A DNA stretch of 64,000 nucleotides from Lama glama. Its lineage: Eukaryota. Below the pieces are notes generated by a model. It had not been told where the DNA came from and did no database searches. It saw only the letters and a list, made by a program, of their open reading frames with translations. This document shows positions 52,557 through 64,000 of this stretch, in pieces. Every line of letters begins with the position of its first letter. Within the stretch, counting starts at the first letter, position 1. A program made the position numbers and the translations under genes. The stretch lies in the NCBI GenBank assembly GCA_028534125.1, contig CM052827.1, positions 34,720,001 to 34,784,000 on the forward strand, given 5' to 3'.

Positions 52557-55500
52557 CTATGCCTCCTCCTCCCCCGCAGACACCATCAGCCGCATGGCCA
52601 CCGGGAGGTGGTCAGTCAGGCCCGACAGCTGGGTGATGAAACTGAATTCTTCTACCTCCTGTGAGAGTGAGGAGCGGGAGAGGAAGAAACATCCCAATTA
52701 GACCCAAAGGGCATCCTGTAAAGGAGGGGTCTGGCAGGGGTTGGGGCCCTAGGCTGGGGCTGGCCTGGACCTCCTGAAGGTAGAGGGGTGGGAGGACCTC
52801 TGGGTCCCAAAGGCCTCCCGGACTGGCAGGTCCCATTTCAGAGGAGAGCTCAGTGCTGCTAAGGGGTGCAGGGCACAGGGTCCCTATCTGTGGGCAGGGC
52901 CTGGGTGCCCTGCCCAGCCCAGCCCAGCCCTAGACTCACAGCCTTCCAGTCTGGGCACAGCCCCTCCTCTGCGTGCAGCATGTAGTCGATGCGCCTGCCG
53001 TTGCCTTTCAGCAGGTCCTTGCGTCCCTTCTGGCCTCCTCCAGGGCTCTTGCTGGTGGGGAAGGCGAGATACTCCCGGCGACCTTCCTCGCTCTCCAAAA
53101 CCCTGCTCACACAGACAGAAGGCACAAGAAGGGAAGGTGAGCCCCACCCCCAGCCCTGACACCAGGTCCTGAGTGTGGAACCAGGTTCTCGCCCCCAAGA
53201 AAGACCAAAACCCTGTGTTTGAGATCTACCTTCCCCATGAGCCCAAAAAGGAATTGGGATGGAGGGAGACGGAGTCTGAGCCTGCGAGTTCCAGACTGAA
53301 TTGAGCCACTCCAGGACAGCCTCATGTCCACCTTGGAAAGCCAGCACTCGCCTTCCCTTTCTGAACTAGGATGTTGGCACCACCCATAGCCTGTGACCAA
53401 GTTGGGGACAGAGTTTTCATCTCGTCTCCAGGATGGGGTTCTGCTCTGAGCTAATAGGGACCTGTTTTGGGGAACTTGGTCTTTACAGTGAACCTCAGGG
53501 ACCTTTCTCTTCTGGAAGTCCCCAAACGGCCCCCTACCCCCTTACTCATGACTCCTGTTTCAAGTAGCAGTGGGGCAGGGTAGCCAGAAGAGCACCCAGG
53601 CCCCATCCCAGGGCTGGACTCCTATGTCGTTCTGTCCCTGAGTGGCTGTGCCATCAAACCTGAGCCACCATTTCCTCTTCTAACACAAGAACAACTGCTG
53701 TGGCCCTAGGACGCTTCAGGGACCAGGTGTGCCAAGAAAGGAACAAGGTGGGATGCAGCTGTCGTTTCTCAGAGGAAGGTAACTGCTATTAGTGCTTAAA
53801 TGCTGGTCAGGGTTCTTTCTATAGGGAGGGCAGGGCACTCAGGTGGAGCATTACACCCTGAATCTGGGTCTTCTGTCTCCTTGTCTGCCATCTGCTTCTT
53901 GTCAGGTTTCCTCCAGAGCCGGGACACCAGTGGGGAGGAGCCTTCAAGGGACCCCCCATCATGGAGGACTGGTTCAGGCCAGTGCCAAGGGTGAGAGGCA
54001 CAGCCCCTGAGAGACACTGCACAGGCCCGCCCAGCCACCTAACGCCTGGACAAATGGACAGGGCACCTGGACAGGCACGGCCAGCAAATGTGGATTTCTA
54101 CGAGGTCTTTATCAGCCTTGAGATAAATAACACTAATGACATGCAGAACATGGTTACATAGCAGAAATGTAATCCATTACTGTCCTTTGCCTTTGATAAT
54201 TAATTACAGCATCAGTGATCTAAGAGCTACTGATAGTCATTTTTAAATCATCATCTCATAAAAAGGTAATTTTCTTGGCGTAGAATGATGTTTCAAATTT
54301 AGTCTGTAATCTAATTAATTGGCTCAAATTAGCTACAAGGAGCCATTGCCGTGACTCTGTGCAGTTTCGGGCTGTGAATTATAAATTGGCTCTGCTGCTG
54401 GCCTCTCAAATGTGTCCTTTATGGAAGTCTTGTTGGGTTCAAGAATGCAGTTTGACTGGAATAGAACTGTCTCTATTTTGAAAATGACTAGCTCGTGTTA
54501 GCTCTGTTCCTGTTTTTATTTGCCTAGTTGGTAACTACCGCAGACGGCATCCCGAGGGCTCTTCAACAGGGGTCTGCGCAGTACTTGGTCTCACCCTGGG
54601 AGATTCTGGTCCTTTTTTCTGTGCCCAAGGCAGGCTGGGTCTTGGGGCAGGACAAGCTCTTGTAGAGTGGGCCAGGCCTCTGGGTGCTGGTATAGGAAAT
54701 GCCACCTCGAGACCCCAGGCCTACTCAGGTTTCTCCTTGGTAAGGATACTTCTGGGGTGTGAGGTCCACCACGGCCTTTGCCCCCCCTCAGCTTGCATCC
54801 CTGAGGCTCTCATAGTCGTCCTTCCATGGAGCTGTGTGCTCTCATCTGACCACAGAGCCCATCTCTCCGCACTTGAGTCCGGGCTCAGTGCTCCTCCCAG
54901 ACCTAGGAGCCGCCTGGATCTGCCTACCCAACCTGATCACAGCAGCATGAGTGCTAGACACTTACTTTTGCAGATTGTCAGGGGTGCAAACTTCCTCATC
55001 ATAGAGACCGTCCTTGTCCAACAGGGTACCTGGGGATAAGGGGATGAGAGTGGTCACTGTGGGCAGGGCCCAGCCAGCCTTGAGGAGAACCGCCTCTCTG
55101 GGGCAGGAAGGGTAGGCGAGAGTTTCTGCTGACCTGGTGGCTAAGTGCCCCCCAACCACTGCCCCCAGTAGTAGGGATTTAGGGACAGGTCCTAGAGGTC
55201 TCTCCGGTCTCTCCGGGAAGACTGTGCGGAGTCAGGCCTCAGCACAGTGGGTTCAGGCCTCAGCAGTCCCTTTGCCTTCCTGCCCCAGCCCCTGGCCCCA
55301 GCCCCAGCTCCAGCTCACCAATTGCCCACGGCTTCTCCTCCCCAGGTCCCAGGCGGCAGGGGTCCTTGTAGCGTGTAAACAGGGAGTGCTGCTGCTCCAG
55401 CTTGTCATCTGTGCAGGGAGGGAGGGAGGGAAGGGATGCTATGGGCCTCTGGGTATCTGGCCTGTCCTAGAGGGCCGCCTGCCTCTGGTTCCAGTCATTT

Positions 55501-58500
55501 ACTCTGAGCCACCAGGTCCCTATCACTCAGTAACTGCCTCTGGGTAGGGTCTGTGGCTCATCTATCACTGGTTTTCTGTATCTTTGAAAATCCCACCCTC
55601 CTGCCCCCCACCACACACATGCTAGTGTTCAGCTTTCCTTCTGTCTGAGGACAGTGGTCACTGTCCCACTTTGGCTTCGGGGGACAGTGATCTTGAGGCC
55701 TTCCCAGATTCTGTGGCAAATCCTGGGGCCCTGGCTGATGCTGCCACAGCCAGGATTCCTGCCCTTCACTGTCCTGGGTGCCCGGGCTGAGTGAGGAATG
55801 ACCCTATAGGACTCAGAGAGGAAGGTGATCTGTCCTAACAGGTCAGAATTAAAATTAGAATAGGCCTGGTACAAAGTAAGAGCTAAATGAAGTCTTGGGG
55901 AATATCATAGCTGACTCGCCCTTAATCTGGGTTTCAGAGGCTCCCAGCCTTTCATGCCAGAGGTTCATCTTTAGGGTCTTTGTCTCCAGCAAAGTGACCT
56001 CTGAGCTTTCTGTGCAGAGCATGGGCTCTTCTCATTCGGGGGTTTCTCGGGGACAGAGAAAACATGGTCTTGCTAACCATCTCATCCCCATGCTCCTGAG
56101 GAGTAGGAAGTTCTTCCAGCTGCCTAACAGTCTTTCCAGCTGTGATTGGAACCCATGCTTCCTACAGTGGCCAACCTGAATGAGGAGGAGCATGCCTCAC
56201 CGGAGGAGCAGTTGTCAAAGTTAAAATCTCCGCAGATGACGTCAAACGCCACCAGCTCTTCGGGGTTGGCTGCGCTGGACGAGGAGGTAGATTTTCGGAA
56301 ATCAGCCAGCCAGTCCTGAAGCAGGTCCAGCTGCTCACACCGGATGGCACTGTCCTCTGTGGGGCAGAACCACAGAGAGATGATGAAGCGGCAGCCAGAC
56401 CCCAGCCAGGCTGATCCCAGCCCTCTGGGGGGACATTCCCCACCCGCTGAAGCTTGGCCGCTGGACCCTACCTGGCAGGGCATGCAGGTGTGTACAGGAG
56501 ATGTACCCGACAATTCTTTGGTCCTGAGGTGTGCTTCCCACCTGCACCTGTGAGGGAGGAGGTGAGGGTTTGGTAACGAGAACTGTGAGTCATCATTGCT
56601 CAGGGGGACACTGGTGACTCCTGTCCCCCAGCCAGGTCAGACCCTCATTAGCCCAGCTCTGTCAGCTCCTGACTAGACTTGGGCTCAAGGAGGAACAGCA
56701 CATGTCCTGCTTCCAGGAGCTTCTGGTCCAATGTGAGAGGCAGATGCATGAAGAAATGGTGAGTGGCACCGACAATTCATGCAGGGCTTTACAGGAGATA
56801 TGCAGAAATCACTGAAGATTTCTTCCCCAAGTTCCTGCTGTCTCCTGGTGACCAGAATGTCCAGAGGGATGACTCTCAAGTGCCAGCCCCTTGATTCCTT
56901 GTCCACTCCTGTCTGGTGGCTCTTTCTTCCTCCCCTTGGTGATACCCTGAACCTGATCACACCCTGGAGCCCATTCCTCAGATGTCTAGATTGAACTCTC
57001 CTCTGGGGTGCAGCCCAGCCACAAAGCCCGCCACCCTCCGTCCACTCTGAGAGGCCTTACACCTTGCCCTCTGCTCGCTCTCTTCCCAGTCTCTAACCCT
57101 CTGGCTTCATGAGTGGTCATTTTTCTGCTCTTTGGCTGTGGTCCCCAGTAGTCCCCAGATCTGGGATGACAGCTCTGGCTGTTGTCTCCATGGCATTTGT
57201 GTCATGGGCTGACCCCAGGCACCCCACAGCCTCCATTCCAAGCCCAGCCCTCCTTCCTCCACAGCAGCCTCTTCACGCCTTCATGTTCCACTCTACCTAG
57301 ACTTGGTCCTTGCCTTTTGCTCACTTCCTTCACTGGAGAGAGTCCCTGGTAGGTGGAGTAGGGCCAGGGTCTCCTTCCTGCATCCCTGCCCAACCGCAGG
57401 TGACCCTGGCAGGCTGTCTCCATAGATTGGTGTAATAAAACTAGCATCTCCATTGTATATCACAGACAGCTTGGCCCCCAACAGTGAGCCTGGTATAAGC
57501 CTGGGTCCTTGTCAGGCTGTGGCTGGGGAGGTGAGGGATGGCTGCCCAGCCTGCCGGCTCTACCAGGCCCTTTGGTCACAAACATGCTGGAGGCTATGAC
57601 GTGAGAATCCCTCTCAGCATGCTTCCCAAACCATCCTTGGCTGCCTTTCCCAGAGGCCGCTGGTTGGCTCCTTACCCTCTTTTCTCTGGGCTGTCCTCCC
57701 ATCTGAACTTCAGCTTTCTTCCCCAAACTTGGCTAATCTGTTCCAGACTGAGTTTTCTATGATGATCTGTTCCAGGCCCTGGACCCTGGGGAGTCTCCAG
57801 GGAGGAAGACCGTAGAGGCCAGTTCTTGGCTGAGGGGCAAGGTGCAGGGTGGGTGTACCTGGCATCTGCTGAGCACAGCTCTACACGGCCTCCAGCTAAG
57901 AGTGGCTTGGACTCATTGCAGTCTTCTGCTCTGAGAGCCTCGGGAGGCTTCCATCCTCTTTACTGCCAAAGTCAGGTTAGCATTATTCTCCACAGGGACT
58001 TTTGCATCATCAAACACCCTTAGCTTTCTACAATTCTTCATCCCTTTTCCAAGCCTGGATCAGTGCACATCTTTCCTTTCCGGTGTCCAGGGAGGATGGA
58101 TGATTGTTTACTTGATAATGGGCCTGGATTTGGGGCTGTTTATAAACTCACATGTTTACCATTAACTCCTTGCCATATTCTAGACCCAGACCTCAGCCCA
58201 ATGGTACCCCCCTGCTCCCTACTGCCAGTGCCTCAGAAATCACACACCATTTGTTTCCCCTGTTTCAAAAACACAGTGTCCTCCAAGGCCACACGATGGC
58301 GCTTCTCAACCCCCTCCCCCCGCATTCCTTAGGCCAGGAGTCTGTTACTCATTATTAACCTTTACACCGTGAGCACCCTTGCTTAGTGCCTTATGGACAT
58401 GGCCTTACTAGAGCCCTACAACAGCTATGAGGATTATACTAAAATTACACTGTAATTGTCCTGGGGTCATGAGGCTCCACTGAGGCCAGCTCACATCTGA

Positions 58501-61500
58501 TGCTCAAATCTGATGTTGCGGCCCATGCCCAGCTCCACCCCCTGCTCTACGCTGCTTTCTGAGCTTTAGTGACTGAGCCAGGGTTTTCAGCAGCCACCCA
58601 TTTGATGCTCTTAGTGCGTCAGCCCCTCACTCAGCTCTTCATGTCACCTGCCTGGGCTGAGTCCTGGGCAGAGACGGGACAAGTGCAGAGGCACCACTCA
58701 GCTCTGTTGCTGAGGATAACCTGCTGGGAGGATAGACATGCAGAATGAGATATCTCAAGCCCCCACCCCCTTCCTCGCTCTCAATCAGCCCTGTGAGCTC
58801 GCCAAGATCCACTTTATTATGTGTGGGGACTTATTGATTCCTGGCTTGAGTCCTCGGGAGCCGCAAAAGCTCATGTTTCTCTTACAAAAACAAATAATCA
58901 CTCTGAGAGTTTGTGCCTTTAGTCCTGGTGGGCAAAGACTGTCAACAAAGAAGGGCTCAGAATCAGGCTCTCGTAAGTGAGGGAGAAGCTGTTCCAGCCT
59001 GCTTTTCTCAGGCTATCTAGGTAGCAGGGAAGCACACTTTCCTCTAGGACAGGAAGTGATGGGAAATGTCTCAGAGTAAATGGGAAGGCAGGGCTGGACA
59101 GGGAGCCCTGAGTGAAGGGAGTGAGGCTTCTGCACAGCCAAGTCAGCACCTTTCCAGCCCCTGGCTGTCCTGGAGCTAGCATGGCTCCTGAAACCTCATT
59201 TACTTCATTCCTCCATGCAGAGAAACAGGCACACTCTCGCCAACATAGATGAGCTAGGTCTGCTGTGCTGGGCACAACGGCTTCGCTCTTTGTTCTGTCT
59301 GATGGGAGAGGCAAGCAGCAAGACACCCGGGGGAAAGAGCTTAGGAATCCACAAAGGAACACTGCTGTGCCGGATGCCGCAGAGGAGAGCTCCACCGAGG
59401 TTGGGCAGCCAGTCTGGGGCAGGACCAGGACCAGGACCAGCGTGTGCCTGGAGCAGAGCCCGGGGACATAGGAGGGGCCCAGGTGAAGGCTGGGCTTCTC
59501 CCCCAGGCAGCAGGAAGGGGTAACAGGAGTCAGACCTGGGACAAGAGGAGGATGGATTTGAAGTAGGAGGACACCCCGAAACACACATGGGTGAATGCAG
59601 AGAAATGGTGGCTGGGGCCATTACAGTGTAGCTGGAGATTGGTGGGGGGCAGAGGTATCTGCAAAGTGAAACTGGGACCCTGGGTGAGCACAGAGAACCC
59701 TCAGCAAGTGTGTAAATGGAGGCCGTGGAGTCACTTTCCTGGGGAAGGTGCTTGGGGCCGGCTGGCTGAAATAACCACTCAGAAGTGAAGAGGGCTGGCC
59801 AAGTTTGGTCGCCCTGCTGTGAGGGCTGCCAACCCCCAGCTCAGGTTGAGATCTGGGCAGAATGCAGCAGGCCTGGTGTTGCCAGATCTGCCAAGGTGGG
59901 GAGAGAAGTTGCAGATTGGGTTTTATGTGAAATAGCTTGATTTTTAAGTGTTGGCCAACAAGAAAATTTTTTAATGGTATGGACCACATTCAGCATACCT
60001 GCAGACTACTTTTAGATCCAGGAGGTAGAGGGAGCATTAGCATTTAAAGGATGGGCAGGCGACAAAGATCTGGAAGGAATGGGCAGAGAGGTGGGGGTTG
60101 GGAAGAAAGCCCACAGCAGAGAGGCTGTCCCAGGGAGACTTGTGATCCTGGTGGGCATGGTGGTCAGGGTGTGCTGGATCAGGGACAAAGATGAGGAGAG
60201 GGCATGTGGGCTGCAGGTGGGGTTGCAGGGGACCCTGGCCTCTGAGCCATCTGTAGTAGTAGTAGGGTGGAAGAAGGTTCGTTTCCCTTCACTGCCCCAA
60301 ATCTGACACCATGTCCCCTCCTTCCCTAGAAAGTCACTCTGGCTGCTGAGACAAAAATACATCTGTGGAATAGAACGCTGATGGACCACTTGCCAAAATG
60401 GGGAGGTTGCTCGCCTATAAGAGGAATGCCTTCAATTTCAGCAACTCAGACTGTGAGTGGAGAGCTGGGGACCCCAGTTCTCTGTCTGCTAAGCCACACA
60501 AGAGGAAGTGGGGGTCTGGGCACTGGGGTGCGGCCCTTGCTCCAACGGCTCTGTGCAGACGATCAGCCCATTACCTCACTTCTGACAGGAGCCTGGCTGA
60601 CAAGCGGCACTTCCTGAACAGGCCAAGCACGGTCAGAGTTGAGGCCTGGAGATGAGAACCTCACCACGCTGGGCTTCCAGATTAGACACAGCAACATCCC
60701 TCTCCATTCACGGACCCCCCCTTCTGGGGAGAACTGAGAAGTCTTGAGGGGAATATGGAGAGAACCCACACCCACAGCAGCTGCTGCCTCTGAGTGCAGA
60801 AAGCCTGTTCTGTAGCAGCTGGCCAAACGATGTTTCAGAAAACTCTGGAAGCACCAAGAGCAGTTTTTGGATAAGGACCAGAAAGTCAACACGCTGAGCA
60901 TGTCAGCCGCAGTAGAGGATAATGTGTAATGACCAAATTACCATGGTCTAAAAACTCTTCCAATTGCATCCAAATTAGCAGAAATAATTATGATTCACTT
61001 TAATTAGTGACTATGGAAGTGAAGCCTCGGGCTCGTGGGCAGAGTGCCTGGTGTGGCAGCCGCATGACAGCCAAGAGGGAAAGGGCGTCCTGGCCATGGA
61101 GACTGGTGGCCCAAGGGAGTGGCCTGAGAGCCCAACCTGCAACCATCTGTCTGCAGCAGTACAGACAGCCTCCTCATTCTTCACCGCCTGCCATCTTTAC
61201 CGCTAGCACCATGAGAACCTTCTAGGCCTCGCCGCTCACAGGCCACTCCCCACCATGTGAGGAGACTCAGTGTTACCCCACTTTACAGATGGGGAAAGGG
61301 TGGCTCAGAGATTGGAGGAACTTGCCCAAGGTCACCCAGCCTGGAGCCTCAGTTCTTGTCCCTGTGTTCCTATTTTCCTTGTCCCCGAGCTGGGGGCCCT
61401 CCAGTTCCCATGAAAAGCCTTGTCTGCCCACTGTCCTCCAAGAGAGTGAGGACCCCCTGACAGGGGCCTGCTTCCACCCACCACTGCTCTAGGACTGGCT

Positions 61501-62827
61501 GACTGAGGCCTCCTACCTTGAGATACAGCGCTCCCTTTGAGGCCAGGCTGTCGGAGAACCGCCCGTTGGGGTAACAGTGATAGGCCACGTCCATGATGGG
61601 GTAGCGGCTGGCAAAGAAGAGGCCGCTGTTGAGATACTTGAAGCTGCAGCAGCCGTGGCAGCCGTAGACTCCGACATCATAGAGGATGTACTCGAAGTAG
61701 CCATGTAGCTGGTCTTTCAACTTGGCGGCCGCCCGCTTGTCAAACACCTCCTGTAGGCACAGGAAGTCCAGGTTGGCGGGGAAGAAGGCTGAGACCTCGT
61801 GGTCAAAGGCTTCATCCGGGTGCCGCCTCCTGCGCGCAGCTGCCTTCTTCACCACCGAGGCCTTGTACGGGAGCTTGCTGTTGGCGCCTGGCTCCCCACT
61901 GCCGCCGTCGGCCCGTGCCTTCACCAGGGACTCCCTGGAGGCTGAGGGGCTGCCCAGGCTTCCCGAGTCCCCATCCTGCTGACTGTGGTTGGGCGTCTGG
62001 CCACGGCCAGCCCCGTTCCTGGCCTGGCCCCCAGCAGGGGGGTCGAAGGCTTCGGGGGGCCGGCCCCCCTCATCACCACCGATGCGCACGATGCAGGCAT
62101 CCTCAAGGCTGCCACTGTCGGTTGCGGCGGGGTCCCCAGAGGCCAGGCCATTGGCAGCCTCATCATTGGGGTGACGCCCGCCGTCGCCCTTGTACTCCAC
62201 AGAGGCCGTCCTCTTAATGCTTCCAGGGACGGCCCGGGGCACGCCATCACTTCCCTGCGGTGACACCAGACTACTGAAGCTGGCCGCGCTGATGGAGGTA
62301 TTGGTGGGTGAGTCGATGTAGATTTTGATCTGGGGCCTGCTGGCTCCATTGCGGATTCTCTGCCCTATCTCTTTGGCCCGGGCTTGGGTGTTGAAAACGT
62401 TGTTGAACCTGGCCAGTGAATCAGGGAGGAGGCAGAGGTTGGCGGTGGCAAAACAGAAGCTTTTGCCAGGACCAGTACCCTTCCATTCACTAAGCAGGGC
62501 TGCCCCGCCGGTAGGGCCCTTGTCCTCCAGCCGGGAGTAGACGTAGGGCCGGCGGGCAGACTGCAGGGGGGACCAGAGGAGGAACCCAAGGAATGCGAAG
62601 GGCAGTGAGGCGACCAGGAGGGCCAGGTAGACGGGTGTGAAGAGCACGGTGCAGAGCAGCTGGAGGTAGCACGGGTCGTCAGCCCGCTGGCGTTTCTCGT
62701 AGGTGGTGGGTATGAAGGAGGCCAAGAGCCGGTCCGCCAGCCAGTAGCATGGGAAGATGAGGGCCCAGGACACGGCGTGCAGGGCGGACAGACAGCTATT
62801 GGGAAAGGGGGTTGTGTACAAAACCAT
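52557..62827 (-). CDS. SMPD3: Neutral sphingomyelinase 2 (sphingomyelin phosphodiesterase 3), 653 aa
   Basis: Exons (minus): 62827-61517 (MVLYTTPFPNSCLSALHAVSWALIFPCYWL...LCLQEVFDKRA...), 56547-56472, 56356-56201 (...VICGDFNFD...), 55408-55319, 55029-54966, 53102-52940 (...RRIDYMLH...), 52658-52557 (...LTDHLPVAMRLMVSAGEEEA*). Sum 1962 nt, GT-AG, in frame; DNase-I-fold catalytic motifs QEV, GDFN, IDY, TDH; calcineurin-docking PQIKIY. Confidence 0.98.
61255..61345 (-). mobile_element. MIR SINE fragment
   Basis: ccccactttacagatggggaaagg..ggctcagaga...aacttgcccaaggtcacccagc. Confidence 0.75.
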
Positions 62828-63039
62828 CGCAGCTCACTGGGCGCCGCGGCCGGCCCTACTACATGGTGTCCGTGGCAGTGCGGGCACTTTCCTGGGTGGG
62901 GTGGGTGAGTAGGGGGCAGCTGGAGGAGGGGTCACCTCCTGGTGAGACGGGACTCTGGATGGTCAGCGGCACGTGTTAGCCAGCCAGTCATGGTTCACCT
63001 CAGTGGGCCATGCTGGGCCACCAAGGCCTGCTGGAGAAC
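62828..63039 (-). other. SMPD3: SMPD3 5'UTR portion of the first coding exon; upstream non-coding exons lie outside the window
   Basis: Acceptor tttgttttgcag| at 63042-63040 on the minus strand. Confidence 0.8.
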
Positions 63040-63223
63040 CTGCAAAACAAAGTGAGGAGACTTTCATTCATCTTTAGGGGAGCAGGTCAGATGCTGGGGC
63101 CATTGACTTGCTCACCCTGTTCCTGCCTCCTCTGACTGTTCCAAGGACCAGGCCAGAGCCAGCAGGCTCTCTTGGGGTGTTTGGGGCCAGGAGCTGGCCT
63201 GGCCCACTCCATTTTCCTGTATG

Positions 63224-63289
63224 TGTTTGGTTCTCTTAGAGTAAACTGCTTGGTGATGTTTGGTTCTCTTAGAGTAAACTGCTTGGTGA
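63224..63289. repeat. Perfect 33-bp tandem duplication
   Basis: tgtttggttctcttagagtaaactgcttggtga twice (63224-63256, 63257-63289). Confidence 0.95.
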
Positions 63290-64000
63290 CATGACTGTCT
63301 CTAGCTGACCATTTTGACCTTGTAACCTAATTGGTTGAAAACTGGCCCAGGATTTGGGGAGCCAGGGGTGTGTTCAGAACAGGTGAGGGGAGAGCCTGAG
63401 TCAGAGGCACTGCAAACACAGATGCCTGTCACTGAGTGCCCACTGGGTCAAGACAGTGAGAGAATAAACTGCAGAGAAAAGGTGCCAGAGGGTCCTAGGG
63501 TGGAGGGCAGTGTGGCTGGCAGGACCCCTGGGAGGAGGGCCCCCCACAACTAGGCTCTCACTGTGCCCCAGCTTCCAGCCTCAGACCATCGCTGCCATCC
63601 CACCCCTGCTGACCCCCAGCAGAAATCCCTGCCTGACAAGGATCCAGGCACAGCATGGGCCTTCCCAGGTTCCAGAATGATCAGAGTTACCCAGTTACAG
63701 GGGACTCTGATGCTCTCTGTGACTTTTGAAGAAGCTCCCTGAGGTTTGAGGGTCGGCCCCAAGCTTCTCTCAGCCCCCAAGGTGTAGTTTCAGGGCCCAG
63801 CTAAGGTCCACAGCTGCCAGAGTGAGTCACCCCAGGTCCCGACCCCAGCCAGTGCAGGAGCTGCCTTGGATCTCAGAGCAGGCCCAGGGCCCCGCATGGG
63901 AGAGGCCGCAGGTGCAGTCATTGTGCTGAATGTAGAATCAATAAAGACAAGAGTCTGGAGTGTTTACCCAGCCTCCAGGAACCCAAGGCTGATCCTTCTG

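Noticed and set aside
54534-54582. Possible hairpin cgcagac...gtctgcg
   Set aside because: A 7-bp core stem with a 26-nt loop is expected by chance and does not look like a miRNA or snoRNA.
58919-59621. 221-aa and 138-aa minus-strand ORFs in an SMPD3 intron
   Set aside because: Low-complexity GC-rich intronic sequence with non-ATG or weak starts, no domain and no convincing splice pair.

Overview
Mammalian genomic DNA, probably a camelid (alpaca or camel; inferred from three vic-1-type tRNA-derived SINEs). It covers the conserved block SLC7A6 (+, last 4 coding exons and long 3'UTR), SLC7A6OS (-, complete, 5 exons, 309 aa), PRMT7 (+, complete, 17 coding exons, 693 aa) and SMPD3 (-, complete CDS, 7 coding exons, 653 aa). 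All exon boundaries were traced by hand to GT-AG sites, and the phases give intact reading frames. SLC7A6OS and PRMT7 share a compact bidirectional CpG-island promoter. SLC7A6 and SLC7A6OS converge with interlocked poly(A) signals, and PRMT7 and SMPD3 converge about 1 kb apart. Introns carry L1, L2, MIR, MER2/3/5/20, MaLR and a solo ERV1 (MER41-like) LTR, and there are two N gaps. I see no evidence for a wholly new gene or system. The best leads are regulatory: (1) a PRMT7 exon-1 uORF that looks like a frameshifted, splice-rescuable N-terminal extension; (2) a start-stop element and uORF cluster in the SMPD3 leader; (3) two homeodomain-motif-dense AT-rich islands in SMPD3 introns; (4) the overlapping poly(A) cassette; (5) inverted SINE pairs flanking PRMT7 exons; (6) apparent loss of a palmitoylation-cluster cysteine in SMPD3.
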